NCBI RefSeq assembly: GCF_009834535.1
Contig: NC_045707.1
Location: 51,338,001 to 51,402,000 of the forward strand
Direction of reading: 5' to 3'
Source: Camelus ferus
Taxonomy: Eukaryota
DNA: 64,000 nucleotides
The position numbers and the translations under genes were made by a program. The notes beneath the pieces were generated by a model, which worked only from the letters and a program-made list of their open reading frames with translations, was not told where the DNA came from and did no database searches. This document shows positions 24,246 to 36,190 of this stretch, piece by piece. The first letter of the stretch is position 1. Every line of letters starts with the position of its first letter.

Positions 24246-26819
24246 GTTTAAGATGTATAAATTAGAACAAGCTCTCCCTCTAGGCAAAGATAGTCCTATT
24301 ACTAAATGGTTCAGAAAACTGATGGCATCTTTGGGTACAAAAAAGCCACCCTCTCCTCCCCCAGCCCAGGCGTTTGTTTTTTAATTTCCCTGCAGGATAT
24401 CTCCCTATGCTAGGACACAGGCAAAGTAAGTGGAGTACTGACTGGATTTATGTTGTCATTCTCTCCCTGGGTACTGTTGTGTAGTGTACAAACTGCACAA
24501 CCATACCGATAGCCCCACAAGGCAGGCAATTATTCTAGATAGTATTTTGGGAAAACTCCCCACGGGAGAGGATATTTGAATATCAAACTTGAGAGCTGGA
24601 AGACAATTTTTGACAACCACTGAAGAGATAAGTAATCTCGGCAAGAAGCAGAAAGGTATGGTATTTTCACATTTTGTATAGTGGCAAGAAATTTGATCGA
24701 GCTAGAATAAAAGATTCGTAGCTGGGAGCAATATGAATTGTGCCTGAAAATTTGGCCTGATTTTGAAGAGCCTGAAATGGCTTGATAAGAATTTCAACCT
24801 AAACAAAGGCGGTTTGGATTACTCTTGGAGAAAAATTAGGAAATGATATGAAGGATACTTGAGTTAGCAAAACATTCCATTTAACACCACTTACAAGTAG
24901 AATAGAGTTAAAACAGTGCAGCTGATAACTGCTTTGACTTACAGAATGGCATTCAGGGCTTCTGTCCTTTTCATGGCAAAGAGTGGAACATGTCATGGAA
25001 GTTTAAATGACACCCCAAAAATAAGACTCTATTGACCCATTTCAAATTTTCATAAGTGTATTTCTTTAAACAGACCTATTTTATTATCATTGTCAAAGTA
25101 ATGGGTAAAATAAATAGAATAATTAAACAAACATGTTTTATGCATAATGAAAATATGTGAATATAAAACCAATTAATTATTCATAAAGTCCTATAAAACT
25201 TTAAGAGAATGTCAACCTTATGAGGGCTAGTATATCTTTAAAATTTCTGCACATATACATTACTACATATTAGTTTTCACTCCAGCTTAATATATTGTTG
25301 ATTCTTCTGAAACAAACATCATTTAATTATAGTAGAAAAGGGTTGACTTTTTGATAGATATGGTAACTTTATAATCATAGAACAATTTACTTTTCTTTAA
25401 TGCTCCTGTCAATACCATAATATTTTACTTTTGATTGTTCTAATACAAATTTGTCTTCTACAATATGTTTTAAATTCAAATTCTTAAAGTTTATTTTTTA
25501 AAATGTGTTAAAGATGAATACATTATGGGCTCAGATTGAAGTGGAGCCAACTCATAACCTTTTAAAATGATATATTAAGTGTGTGATCCTACTCAGTGGA
25601 GAAGTTAACTTTTAACTTATCAGAGAAAACTCCTTCAAAAACAGGAATGAGACATGATCCTTCTTAATATAGTTGTATTTCCCAGATTTATTCATACTGC
25701 CCTCCTTTATTGTCTTCTTTTTTCTGCTTTCTGACTTCCAAGGTAAGTTCACTGTAAGGACAGGCTTTGGGACAATATTTCCCAGTTACTTCTTATATAT
25801 CAGGCAGAATACTAAACATGTGAATCAGTAGAGGTTTAATTAAATTTATCATTAAAAGTAAAAAATGGTTTTTGTAAAATGCATTTGACTAATGTAGGAA
25901 AAATGGGATGCTTTCCTGAACCCCTGTCATCTCTAAGTGTAGTCACTGTTAAGGTTGGGGTATATTCTTTCATATAGCTTGTTATACATATATAGATTTG
26001 ATTAGCTTTAAGATTGTCACTGCTTAAGTTTCCATTTGCTACTGATGTCTGTCTATAATAAATTCTTGAGCTTGATGGAATTTTGTCCTGATTTTTAAAA
26101 GTTTAGAAACCAAAGATATTTTATAAATTTAAAGTCACATTATATTCTGCATGTATTTTAGGCAATTCTTAACAATTCATTATAATCTGAGATTCTTAAT
26201 ATTTAAAAATTCAGAAATTAATACCACATATTTTGTTTCATGGGCAATGAAACATTTGCATGAAGATAAATTAATGTTGAAAAATTAGGAAGCAGACTGG
26301 AGATGTATGGTACTGGAGACAAGGAGGTAGGTTAAGAGACGTGTCTAAGGACAGTATTGATTCTCATTAACAGCTCGTCCAGGCCACAGGAAGAACTGAA
26401 GTATCATTCATTGTAGCTCAGACTGCAAAAGAAGTTATTTTTGCTGAGAGCAGGTCTGCAGACAGTTTTAATAGTCCACTATGGTCATGACCCAGGCCCT
26501 CTATCTCAAGTTCAAACTCTCTTCAGAGAATGAATTTGGTTGGATTCCTAAGTCATTATTCAGTATAGGGTGCATCAGTTAGAGCTCTCCTGCCACTCAG
26601 CAGCACGGTGGTTGATCAAATCAACCGTGCCCCATAGTGGTGGACCAGTGTAGCACATTGTATGGTGACCACTGCATAACAGATCCCTCAAAATTTATCT
26701 GTGACTATTGGAGATATCTTAGGGATTTTTAGAGGTGGGCAGTATAATTAAAAGGCTGAGTTTTATAGCCTTACATTAGAAGACACTAACATGGGGGCCC
26801 AGGTAATTTAGTAGACTGA

Positions 26820-27138
26820 GTTATTTGCCTAATATAGAGACCATTTCTCTATCCCAGAGCCTGCTGGACTTATTTAAACTAGCCAATCCTAAACTGTTTA
26901 TTGTGCCCTGTTTTGCCTTTCCTGTGGACACCCCAATAAAGACTACAGCTTAAGCTCTCCCCTTGCTCCATTCTTCTATCTCTGACCACCCTGGTGACTT
27001 CCCGTGACCTTGTGCCATGCAGAGAAACCCTCTCTAGACCTGCAAGTAGAGCAGACTTCTATCAAACCTCATTCTCATCTCTTGCTGTGGCTGCACTAAC
27101 TTTATCATACCATATTCAACATGCGCATTTTTAAAACA
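26820..27138 (+). mobile_element. ERVL LTR fragment (MER74/MER54-like)
   Basis: CCCAGAGCCTGCTGGACTTATTTAAACTAGCCAATCCTAAAC...CCCAATAAAG. Confidence 0.6.
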
Positions 27139-28552
27139 TGGGTATAGAAAAACCAAGAGGAATTTTGCTAAGAAAGTGTTGACTGGAGAGATTTCTGCAG
27201 GGTTCTTGCAGTGTGCTTGTTTTGGAACTTTGAGAGGAGCCCATTATAGGAAAAAGACATGACAGTATATGATAATGGCTACATATCAGCTGGATACTAC
27301 TGGAGGCTTGGAATAATGAATGACAAAAACAATGACAAAATATGCATACTCAAACACTTAAGTCTCAGAGTAAATAGAAATGAGGGATGAATTCGATTTT
27401 TCACATCTCTTCTAAACAATGTGTAATACTTTAAAAATGAACAACTCTTGTCTGAGCCAAATGTGAAGAGTAAGCAATTTAAGTAAGGAGGGAAAACAAT
27501 TCTATAATAACTAAAAGTGCATCATATAAAGATGAGGTAAAAGTAAGTAAGTGTTATCAGAACTACTAAAAAAAAATAAATCTGAATTATGAGCAATTGC
27601 AGTTCTGCAATCCTTAGGTGAGAAAAAACATAGCTTGGCAAGCTTGTCAGAAGGTAGCTGTGAAAATAGTGGTGAAATGTTCAGGTTGGAGTTAGTAGCT
27701 GAGTAAAGAAAGCAAAAACAACACTTTAAACCACTTTTGACAACAAAATAAACAAATTTTTAATGATATATCTTTTTTCACCTCAAGTGTCTCTCACCAA
27801 GGAAAGAGAAACACTTCTAAGGTCTAACAGAAAGCATGAGATGAGAATAATTACTTTATTAGTATGCAGTGGAGGAAAGAGGGTTAGTTTTTTTGTCACA
27901 CAAACCTGTATTATCTTCATTTCCAGGAACCCAGGAAGACATTTTTAGGGAGACGATGATAGGAATGTCATAAGTTCTATGAGATTTGGTGTCTTTATTG
28001 GTAAAAATCACATAATATCTCAGACACTATAGGGCTACTGTGAATTTTAGGTCTGATTAAAATTGGAGAACCTGTCATTTTTATTTTCTGTCATCAGCTC
28101 TACCATATCTTATTTATGTTAAAAGTAACTGTGAAGCAGACTCTGTCCAATAAGATAAGGAGCTAAATTACAATCCACACCCATATTTTGAAGATTCTTC
28201 TTTTGCCATTTTAGATATGGTTTATTTGGTTTTTCTATACCCATAGAAGACAAAGAAAAAAATTACAGACTTTTTTTCTGACTTTGTAGAGAACTGGATC
28301 TGTGCTTACAACATGTATCACTATCCACCTGAATTTGTTCTGGCATAGTGACCTCTGTCTCGACTGACAGGTTAATAAATTCATCTTTGATATAGACTAT
28401 TTTGTTGATCTCAATCCATTCTTCAAACATAGTGCCTTAGTATACATTTAAAACATCTCCATAGCTGGTGGTCACTTGGGCATCTGATACAGCTTGGTTT
28501 GGGGCTCTCTGAATGGTAACTGTCAAATTCTTTGAAGTGACCTTTAGGGATC

Positions 28553-28896
28553 TGTTGACCTGAAACAAATAAACTGCCAGATATTTTTGCAGCAAAGATG
28601 AGTTTATTAAGGATCAGTGGAGAATTGCAGTTTAGGGTTTGCAACCATGGCAAGCCACATGCAATTCCCCAGACAGCAAGGGAAGGAGAACACTTTCATA
28701 GAGAGGAAAAAGAAGCCTCTTGAGAGAGCTATAGTAAACTAGGTGTCCCTGACTCTTCCTTGGCTGAATCCTTGTCAGGAAAGAAAAGGACTTTTCCTTC
28801 TTCCTGCCGGGCTAGGCTGTCATCACAGGGCATGAGAGCTCCCCCTTCTGTCTGTCAATTCTGTTTAATGGAGGTTTCTGTTTATGAATTTTTACA
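28553..28896 (-). mobile_element. ERV1-type solo LTR (344 bp)
   Basis: TG...CA ends; exact 4-bp TSD GATC (28549-28552 and 28897-28900); AATAAA on the minus strand. Confidence 0.88.
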
Positions 28897-29205
28897 GATC
28901 CAACAATTGAATTTTATATTTTCCACCCACCCTTCAAATTTAGTGGAAATTCCTTTGTTCTTTATTCTGTCATGTCAGGACAGATAGACAAGTGCATTTT
29001 ACTTATTATACATATTTGACTTCATTTGATAATAGTTTTAGCTCCAAAATTGGTCAGCCATAATAAAATAGTTTCTTCTGTGGTGTTTTTTTTTTTCTTC
29101 TTCTTATAAACAATTTAATTAGAAGCTTTGCAGTTTCTGAAATTCTGAAATTTCTTGTGCCCCCTGAGATTTCTCAGGATCTGTTTTTCATTTATTCAGT
29201 ACTAC

Positions 29206-29990
29206 TGTGATATTGTGATTTATAAGAAATATATATCTAGTCATTCAGATGACCAAAATGTATTTCTCATATATTTAGTCTTTGTCCCTGATTCCTGGCT
29301 CACAGCTCCTAAAACTCTCAGAATTTCCTGTGGTATGAGCGATAAAGGTGTCTTTTGGTATGTTAATTAGGTGATTTTTTGGAAAGCCCTTAGGTAACCA
29401 AAAGATGGAAGGCTGGTTGCCAGAAAAACCAGCCACAGGATTAGAGAGTTAGAACTTTCTGTTCCTCCCCTACCTCTGAGAGGGGAGAGAGGCTAGAGAT
29501 TGAGCTTGGTTGCTAATGGCCAGTGATTTAATCAATCATGCCTCTATGCTTCCATAAAACCCCAAAAGGACAGGATTTGGAGACTTCTGAGTAGGTGAGC
29601 ATGTGGAGACTTGGGAAGAGAGCATGAAAACTCTGAACCCTTTCCACATACCTTGCTCCTGCATCTCTTTCATCTGGCTGTTTCTGAATCATAGCCTTTT
29701 ATAATGAACTGGTAATCTAGTGAGTACATGGGTTTCCTGAGTTCGTGAGCTGCTCTAGCAAATTAATCAAACCCAAGGAGAAGGTCTTGGGAACTTCTGA
29801 CTTATGTTGAGAAGTGCAGTAACAACCTGGGCTTGGGACTGGAGTCTGAATTGGGGGTGGGCGCTAGTTTTGTAAGAATAAACCCATAATACATGGAATC
29901 TGATGCCAGAATTGAATTGAATTATCTGAGACCAGGGTGTCTGAGAATTGTTTGTTGATGTGACAGGAACCCTTTCAACCTACTCATGGT
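29206..29990 (+). mobile_element. MER21-like LTR
   Basis: Starts TGTGATATTGTGATTTATAAGAAATATAT; contains GGCTGGTTGCCAGAAAAACC, GATTTAATCAATCATGCC, CTCTAGCAAATTAATCAAACCCAAGGAG; 3' boundary approximate. Confidence 0.75.
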
Positions 29991-30269
29991 AAAACTGGAT
30001 CCAGGAGATCAAAAGTATCTCCTTGCTCTTTGGTTCCCTTTTGCACTTTCTGAGCTTCTGGGATTCAAGCCTATATCCAAGCCTAAATTTATGAAAGAAA
30101 CCCATAATCTGAATGTCTTACTTCTCAGTCGAGAACACAATTTAGTGATCACAATAAAGTTTCCAAAGGAATCACTCAAAAAAGAGTTATAGAAAAAATG
30201 ATAGTAAAGTGGCATATTCATATCATAACAGCAGCCTTCTAGAAACCCGATCCATGAGCAAACTACTAA

Positions 30270-30909
30270 TGAGACAGGAAGAGGGCAGGGCACAGCCATT
30301 CAAGGAATGCTACAGTAATTAACATCGAAATGGTGAAAGATTCAACCCCCAGTAGGCCTTGAGGCTCAAGATGGTGGGAGATTTGACTTCTAGCAGATCT
30401 TGAGCTTCTTTATACATTCATTGTAATATATTAACATGGTGAATAACATGCCCACAGGCCCATGACAGTTTCAAGGCTAGCCACAAAAGGTCAAAGAGTG
30501 GGAAGTGGCCAACTTCCTCGGAATCCCAGCCCCTTCCCCAGGCTACTTAGACTGGTCCTTCCACTTACTAGCATGTGAAGCCACTGAGCCCATAAAAACT
30601 GGCAACATGGTGCCTCGCCTCTGCCCCCCTCCCCCCCCCCCCCGCCTTGGAGATGGCCCGCACTCTGTCTATGGAGTGTGTACCTACTTTTACTCTAATC
30701 TGAGCACCCAACCCCTACACCTCGTGGTCTTTCTCTTGCCTTTCAGTGTATCTCTCTGAATAAATCTACCTTTACTCAACTGTGGCTCACTCTTGAATTC
30801 TTTGTTGCACGAAGCCAAGGACCCACACTTGGCAGGGCATGTCCCACGGGCTCAACCAAAGCCTGGGACAAGGCCCTCCTCACACCCCACATCCGTTTTT
30901 CCTGCGTCA
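30270..30909 (+). mobile_element. Solo LTR, same family as the 1675-7723 provirus LTRs
   Basis: Reverse-complement homologous along its length; TG...CA ends; exact 4-bp TSD CTAA (30266-30269 and 30910-30913); TATA-like CATAAAAAC and intact AATAAA at 30759-30764. Confidence 0.96.
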
Positions 30910-32385
30910 CTAAGAGTAGGGATTTTAGATTGTGAAAGAGAACTCTGGGCTAGTGGCCTTCAAATTATTTGCCATTGCCTTGTTCTGTCAATAGTTTGTG
31001 ATTTAACCCAATAGCAATTTTTTTCCTCAAAGTCAAATGAATTGTCATAACATTTCTTTACAAGCAGACTAAATCATCAAGAATATAACATCAGTTTCCT
31101 AAGAAATATGAGGTTTGGAAAGAGAAGAGAAACAAGGTAAAGAGAGAACAGGGAGAAAAAATAAATAAATAAATAAATTCAACAGTTTCCCTCACTAAGC
31201 AACCTTTTCTTTTGGAAATAGTTTGTGGTGTTGCTCAGAAAATATGCATGGGCAGAAAGTTTAGTTTTCTTTAAAATAAATAGAAAGTTACATCTCACAC
31301 ATTTTTGGTAATATTGTTTTTCCTTGTGGACTTCAATAAAAAAACACATTGTAGTTGTAGATAATGCTTCATTTGAAGAAGATGAACAAGGATCTTTACT
31401 TAGAAGTCTTTTCAGTAACCCATGATAAAAGTATTCAGTTTCCTAAGGTTTTTATTCCCTCATTTTACCAAAAGACAAAATCCTTATTTAGTCTTTTCAG
31501 ATTTCCTGGTAGGAGATTTAAAGCTTTATGTGAGCAAGTCAATACTTTCTTTTGAACATCTTGCTGATAAATCTTCTTTTATGAGACACATGATTAGTCC
31601 TGAATTTGAACAAAAAGGCTCATCAAACCTATCTCTAGGTTTCTTTCATTTGAAACACTGAAATTTTATGTAACATTGGTATAGTAAAGCTTTTTCTTCT
31701 TCTTCTTGATGAAAGTCATTTGGATTTAATGTAACTTCTCTAGATTCTTTCAGTTTACTATTATCACAAAAAGTAGTTGTCTGATGGAAAAAAAAACCTT
31801 AATTTTATTCTAATGATTTAACTTGTATCAACTCACTTATGGGCCTTTCTCAAACATTCTAGGAGAAATTAATTGATAAGTCATTCAAATCAAAATGTCT
31901 AAGGTATTAAATGAATTTTTGAACCTAAATTAAACAAGTGTTTTAATATATAAAAATAAATTTTCTTATCTTGGCTAATCAGTTTTAATTTCATTTAACT
32001 CAATTATTATTGGTGAGATATGGATAATATTCATTTGGTAAAATGTGGTTAGATTGGTTTCAAAGTATTTCTCTTCAGGACATGGCATAACCTTTTTTTT
32101 TCCCCCACGAACAAATCTGATGTACTATGTACACACTTACATGATATACTATGTGCAACACATACATTATGTAAATTCATTTGCTTCTGCAGAAAACATT
32201 GATACTTCATCCAGGTCTCATCATATCCCATTTTTTGGCTGCCACTGCTTCAGCAAATTTTAGTGAACCTTGGAGGCCAGTACGTGGTTTGGCCACATTT
32301 CTCTTTGCAGTAGGATCGTGAGTTTTCTCCTCACAAAGCTTCCTTCTCTTGGTATGTTCTGCTCTAAGTCTGGGATATCTGCATG

Positions 32386-32814
32386 TGCTGTTAGACTGTA
32401 TTGTTGGAGGAGCTCATTGAGAAGACGTGACTGCTGGTTAAAACTGGACCTGGTCAGCTGAAGACTGTTTACCCCTGCCCCCCTGTCCTTGGAATGTGCA
32501 TTCTGCCCATCGTTCTAAGCTGGGGCCATTTCAAGGACACAATCTTGAAATAATAATGTGGTGTTGAGACTCAACTGTATACGTGACTGAACCCCGTTAA
32601 AGCCTTTATATAAACTTTTGGCATTCTGATGGGTGGAGGTGGAGATATACTTGTCATGTGGCTGCCCAAGACAAGCATATAGAAGTTCCCTTGCTCATTA
32701 AACCTGCCACCTACTGATCTGGAATGGTATATCTCTTTCGTCAGTCTCTCCTTGCCCTCTGTATATGAGGACCAATTTGAGATTTTACCCAGAAGCTCCT
32801 GCGTTTGCAAAACA
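32386..32814 (+). mobile_element. ERV1-type solo LTR
   Basis: TG...CA ends; flanks CATG/AATG (3/4 TSD); TATA-like TTTATATAAA and ATTAAA poly(A) signal. Confidence 0.75.
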
Positions 32815-32899
32815 AATGTTTCCCAGTGTTTTCCTTTAAATAGATTGTAAGCAAACCTGAACCTATCATTGCTGGAGAATACAGTATTCAGTGTTACAC

Positions 32900-35800
32900 A
32901 GAATACTTCCACCACGCTAAAGTTTTTCCTGTGCTTCACTGTTTCAGAATTCCTCACTTCCCTGTGAACTCCTGGGAAACTACTAGTACTTTTTACTGTT
33001 GCTATAGTTTTACCTTTTTCAGAACATCACTTAAGAATCATAAAGTTGGTAGCCTTTTCAAACTGGCTTCTTCAATTTATCAATCTGTATTTAAAATGCA
33101 TTCAAGTTGTTGAGTGGCTTGATAGCTCATTTCTTTTTACTGCTAAATATTTCATTGTATGGTTGACTACAGGTTTTTTTTTTTTAAATCTATTCACCTA
33201 CTAAAGGACACTTTCACTGCTTACAGTGTTTGGAAATTATTAATAAGGCTGTTATAAACATTTACATTAAAGTTTTTCTGTAAGCTTGTTTTCAAATCAC
33301 TTGAGTCAGTGACTAGCAGCACAATTATAATTACTGGATAGCAGTGATGAGATTATGTTTAGCTTTATAAGAAACTGAAAACTACCTTTGAAAGTGGCTA
33401 AGTCATTTTTCATTTCCATCATAAATAAATGAGAGTTCTTGTTGCTCCACATCCTAACATTTGGTATGTCAGTTTTTTTTGTATTTTAACCATTTCAGTA
33501 GCTGTATTGTTATCCATTATAGTTTTAAATTTGCAATTCTCTAATTGGAAATGATGTTAAGCATCTTTTCATATGCTTATTTACCATCTATGTATTTTTT
33601 TTTCAGTTATTTTACCCGTTTAAAAATTGGATTGTTTGTATGCTCATTCTTGAGTTCTAAGAGTTATTGTATAATTTGGAGATAAGTACTTTATCAGATA
33701 TATATTTTGCAAATATTTTCTCCCAATCTATGGCTTGTCTTTTCATTCTCTTAACGATGTCTTTCACAAAACAGGAATTTTTAACTTTAATAAAATCCAA
33801 CTTACCAGTTTTTTTTGTTGCATAGGTCTTAATTTTAGTGTTTCATATAAAAATCATTACTGAATAAAAGATCACTTAGATTTTCTTGTATATTTTCTCC
33901 TAGATGTTTTATAGACTTACATTTTACATTTATGTCTTTGATCCTTTTTGAGTTAATTTTTTTGTAAGGTATGAGGTCTACCTCTAGGTTCATTTTTGTT
34001 CATATGTTGTGTAATAGTTGCAGCACCATTTGTTGCAAAGACTATTATTCCTTCTTTGAATTACCTTTGCTTCCTTTTCAAAGATCAGTTTATTGTATTT
34101 GTGTGAGGGTCTATTTCTGGGGTCCCCGTTCTATTCCATTGGTCTTTGTGTCTGTTCTTTTGCCAATACTATACTGTTCTTATTACCAGTTTTGTTTATT
34201 TATTGATTTTGTTGGTTATTCCTAGTCTTTAGTCTTTATACATAAATTTTAGAATCAATTTGTTATCTGTGAAATAGCTTGCTGAGATTTTCATTGGAGT
34301 TACTATAGATCATGTTGGAAAGAATTGATATTGATATTAATAATATTGAATCTTTTAATCTAGGAACACAGCATAGCTTTTCATTTATTTAGATCTTTGA
34401 TCCATTCTATCAGAATTTTGTAGTTTTCTACATAGATATCATAGAATCCCTATGTTTTGTTAATATTATACCTCAGTATTTTATTTCTTTTGGTGCTATT
34501 TAAATTATATATATATTTTTAAATTTCAAGTACCAATTTTTTATTACTAGTATATATGAAACCTAATTGATTTTTTATATATTAACCTTGTATCCCTCAA
34601 GGATTCCTTTCTCTACTTGCTTAGTACCAGTAATTAGTACCAGTAATTGCAGATTCTTTGGAATTTTCTATTTAGACAATTATGTTATCTGCCAATAAAG
34701 AATTTCTTCCCTCTCAATCTATGTAAGTTTTCTTTTCTTTTCTTATCTTATTGCAATAGCTAGGATAATGTTGAATAGGAGTGTTGAGAGAGGACATATT
34801 AGCCTTGTTTCTTAATTTACGGGAAAAGTGTCCAGTTTCTCAGCATATAATATGATGTTAGCAATACCTTCTTTGAAGATGTTCTTTATCAAGTTGAGGA
34901 CGTTTCCTTCTCTTCCTAGTTTGCTGGTAGTTTTTCATGAATGGTTATTGGATTTTGTCAAAAACTTTTTTTCTATCTCAAATGATTTCATCAGATGATT
35001 TTTCCTTAGTCTGTTGATATGATAATTACTTTAAGTACTTTAAAATATTGAACCAGCCTTTCACATTTATAATACATCCCACTAAGTTGTGATTCATAAC
35101 TCTTTACACATTATTGGAACCAGTTTATTAACATTTTGATGATGACATTTGCATCTCTGTTCATGAGAACTATTGACATCTAATTTTCCTTTCTTGTAAT
35201 GTCTTCTCTAGGTTTTATTTTAGAGCAATGATGCCCTTAATGAGTGAGTTAGGAAGTATTCCCTCTACTTTTATTTTTGCAAGATATTCTAGAGAACTGG
35301 ATAGAGTGTTTGATAGAATTCACGAGTGAAACCTTCTGGGTCCGTGCTCTCTCTTTTGGAAGATTAATTATTGATGGAATTTCTTTAATAGATATATGCC
35401 TATTCACATTATCTATTTCTCCTTGTATGAGTTATTGGTAGTTTCTGTCTTAAGAAATTGACCCATTTCACCTAAATGATCAAATTTGTGGGTATAGAGT
35501 TTTATGCAGTGTTTTGTTTTGTTTTACCCTTTTAATATTCATGTGATCAGTAAGGATGACCCCTCTTTCATTTTGATATTGGTAATCTATGTTTTTCTCT
35601 TTTTTTTTTTGAAGATTAGTCTGGTTAGACATCAACTTTATTGATCTTTTTAAAGAATCAACATTTGATATTGTTGGGTTTTTTTATGATTAATTCTTTT
35701 TATTTCATTGATTTCTGTTTTATTTTTACTTCTTTTCTTCTGTTTTTCAAGGCTTAAATTGATCTTCTTTCTTTAGTGGAAACTTAGAATATTGAGTTTT

Positions 35801-36190
35801 AATATTTCTGCCTTTTAATACATACATTTAATTTTTTATATGTAGCCTTCTAAGCACTGCTTTCATTACAGCTGTCAGATTTTGATACATTGTATTTTCA
35901 TTTAGCTCAAAAATTTTTTCCAATTTATATGAGACTTTTTCTTTGACCCATGTGTTATTTTGTAGTATGTTTTTAAATCTCAAAATATTTGGGATTTTTC
36001 CAGATATTTTCTCTCATTCAGATCTAGTTTAATTTCATTGTGGTCTGAAAATACACTTTGTATCATTTATATTCTTTTAAACTTGATACATGTTTAGTGG
36101 CTTATGATGTCTTCTGTCTTTTTTTTGCATGTGATCTTAAAAATGTATTTTAACATTGTTGAATTGAATATTCTATAAACGCCAATTAGA
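32900..36190 (-). mobile_element. Old L1 (L1M-type) ORF2 and 3' UTR, decayed, with internal deletions
   Basis: T-rich; GCATCTTTTCATATGCTTATTTACCATC, TTTTGCAAATATTTTCTCCCA, ATGTTGAATAGGAGTG, CTAAGCACTGCTTT. Confidence 0.88.

Noticed and set aside
32571..32957. 128-aa ORF
   Set aside because: Antisense across a solo LTR and an L1 boundary; no protein-like features
34621..34648. 13-bp tandem duplication TTAGTACCAGTAA
   Set aside because: Ordinary slippage or repair duplication inside a decayed L1
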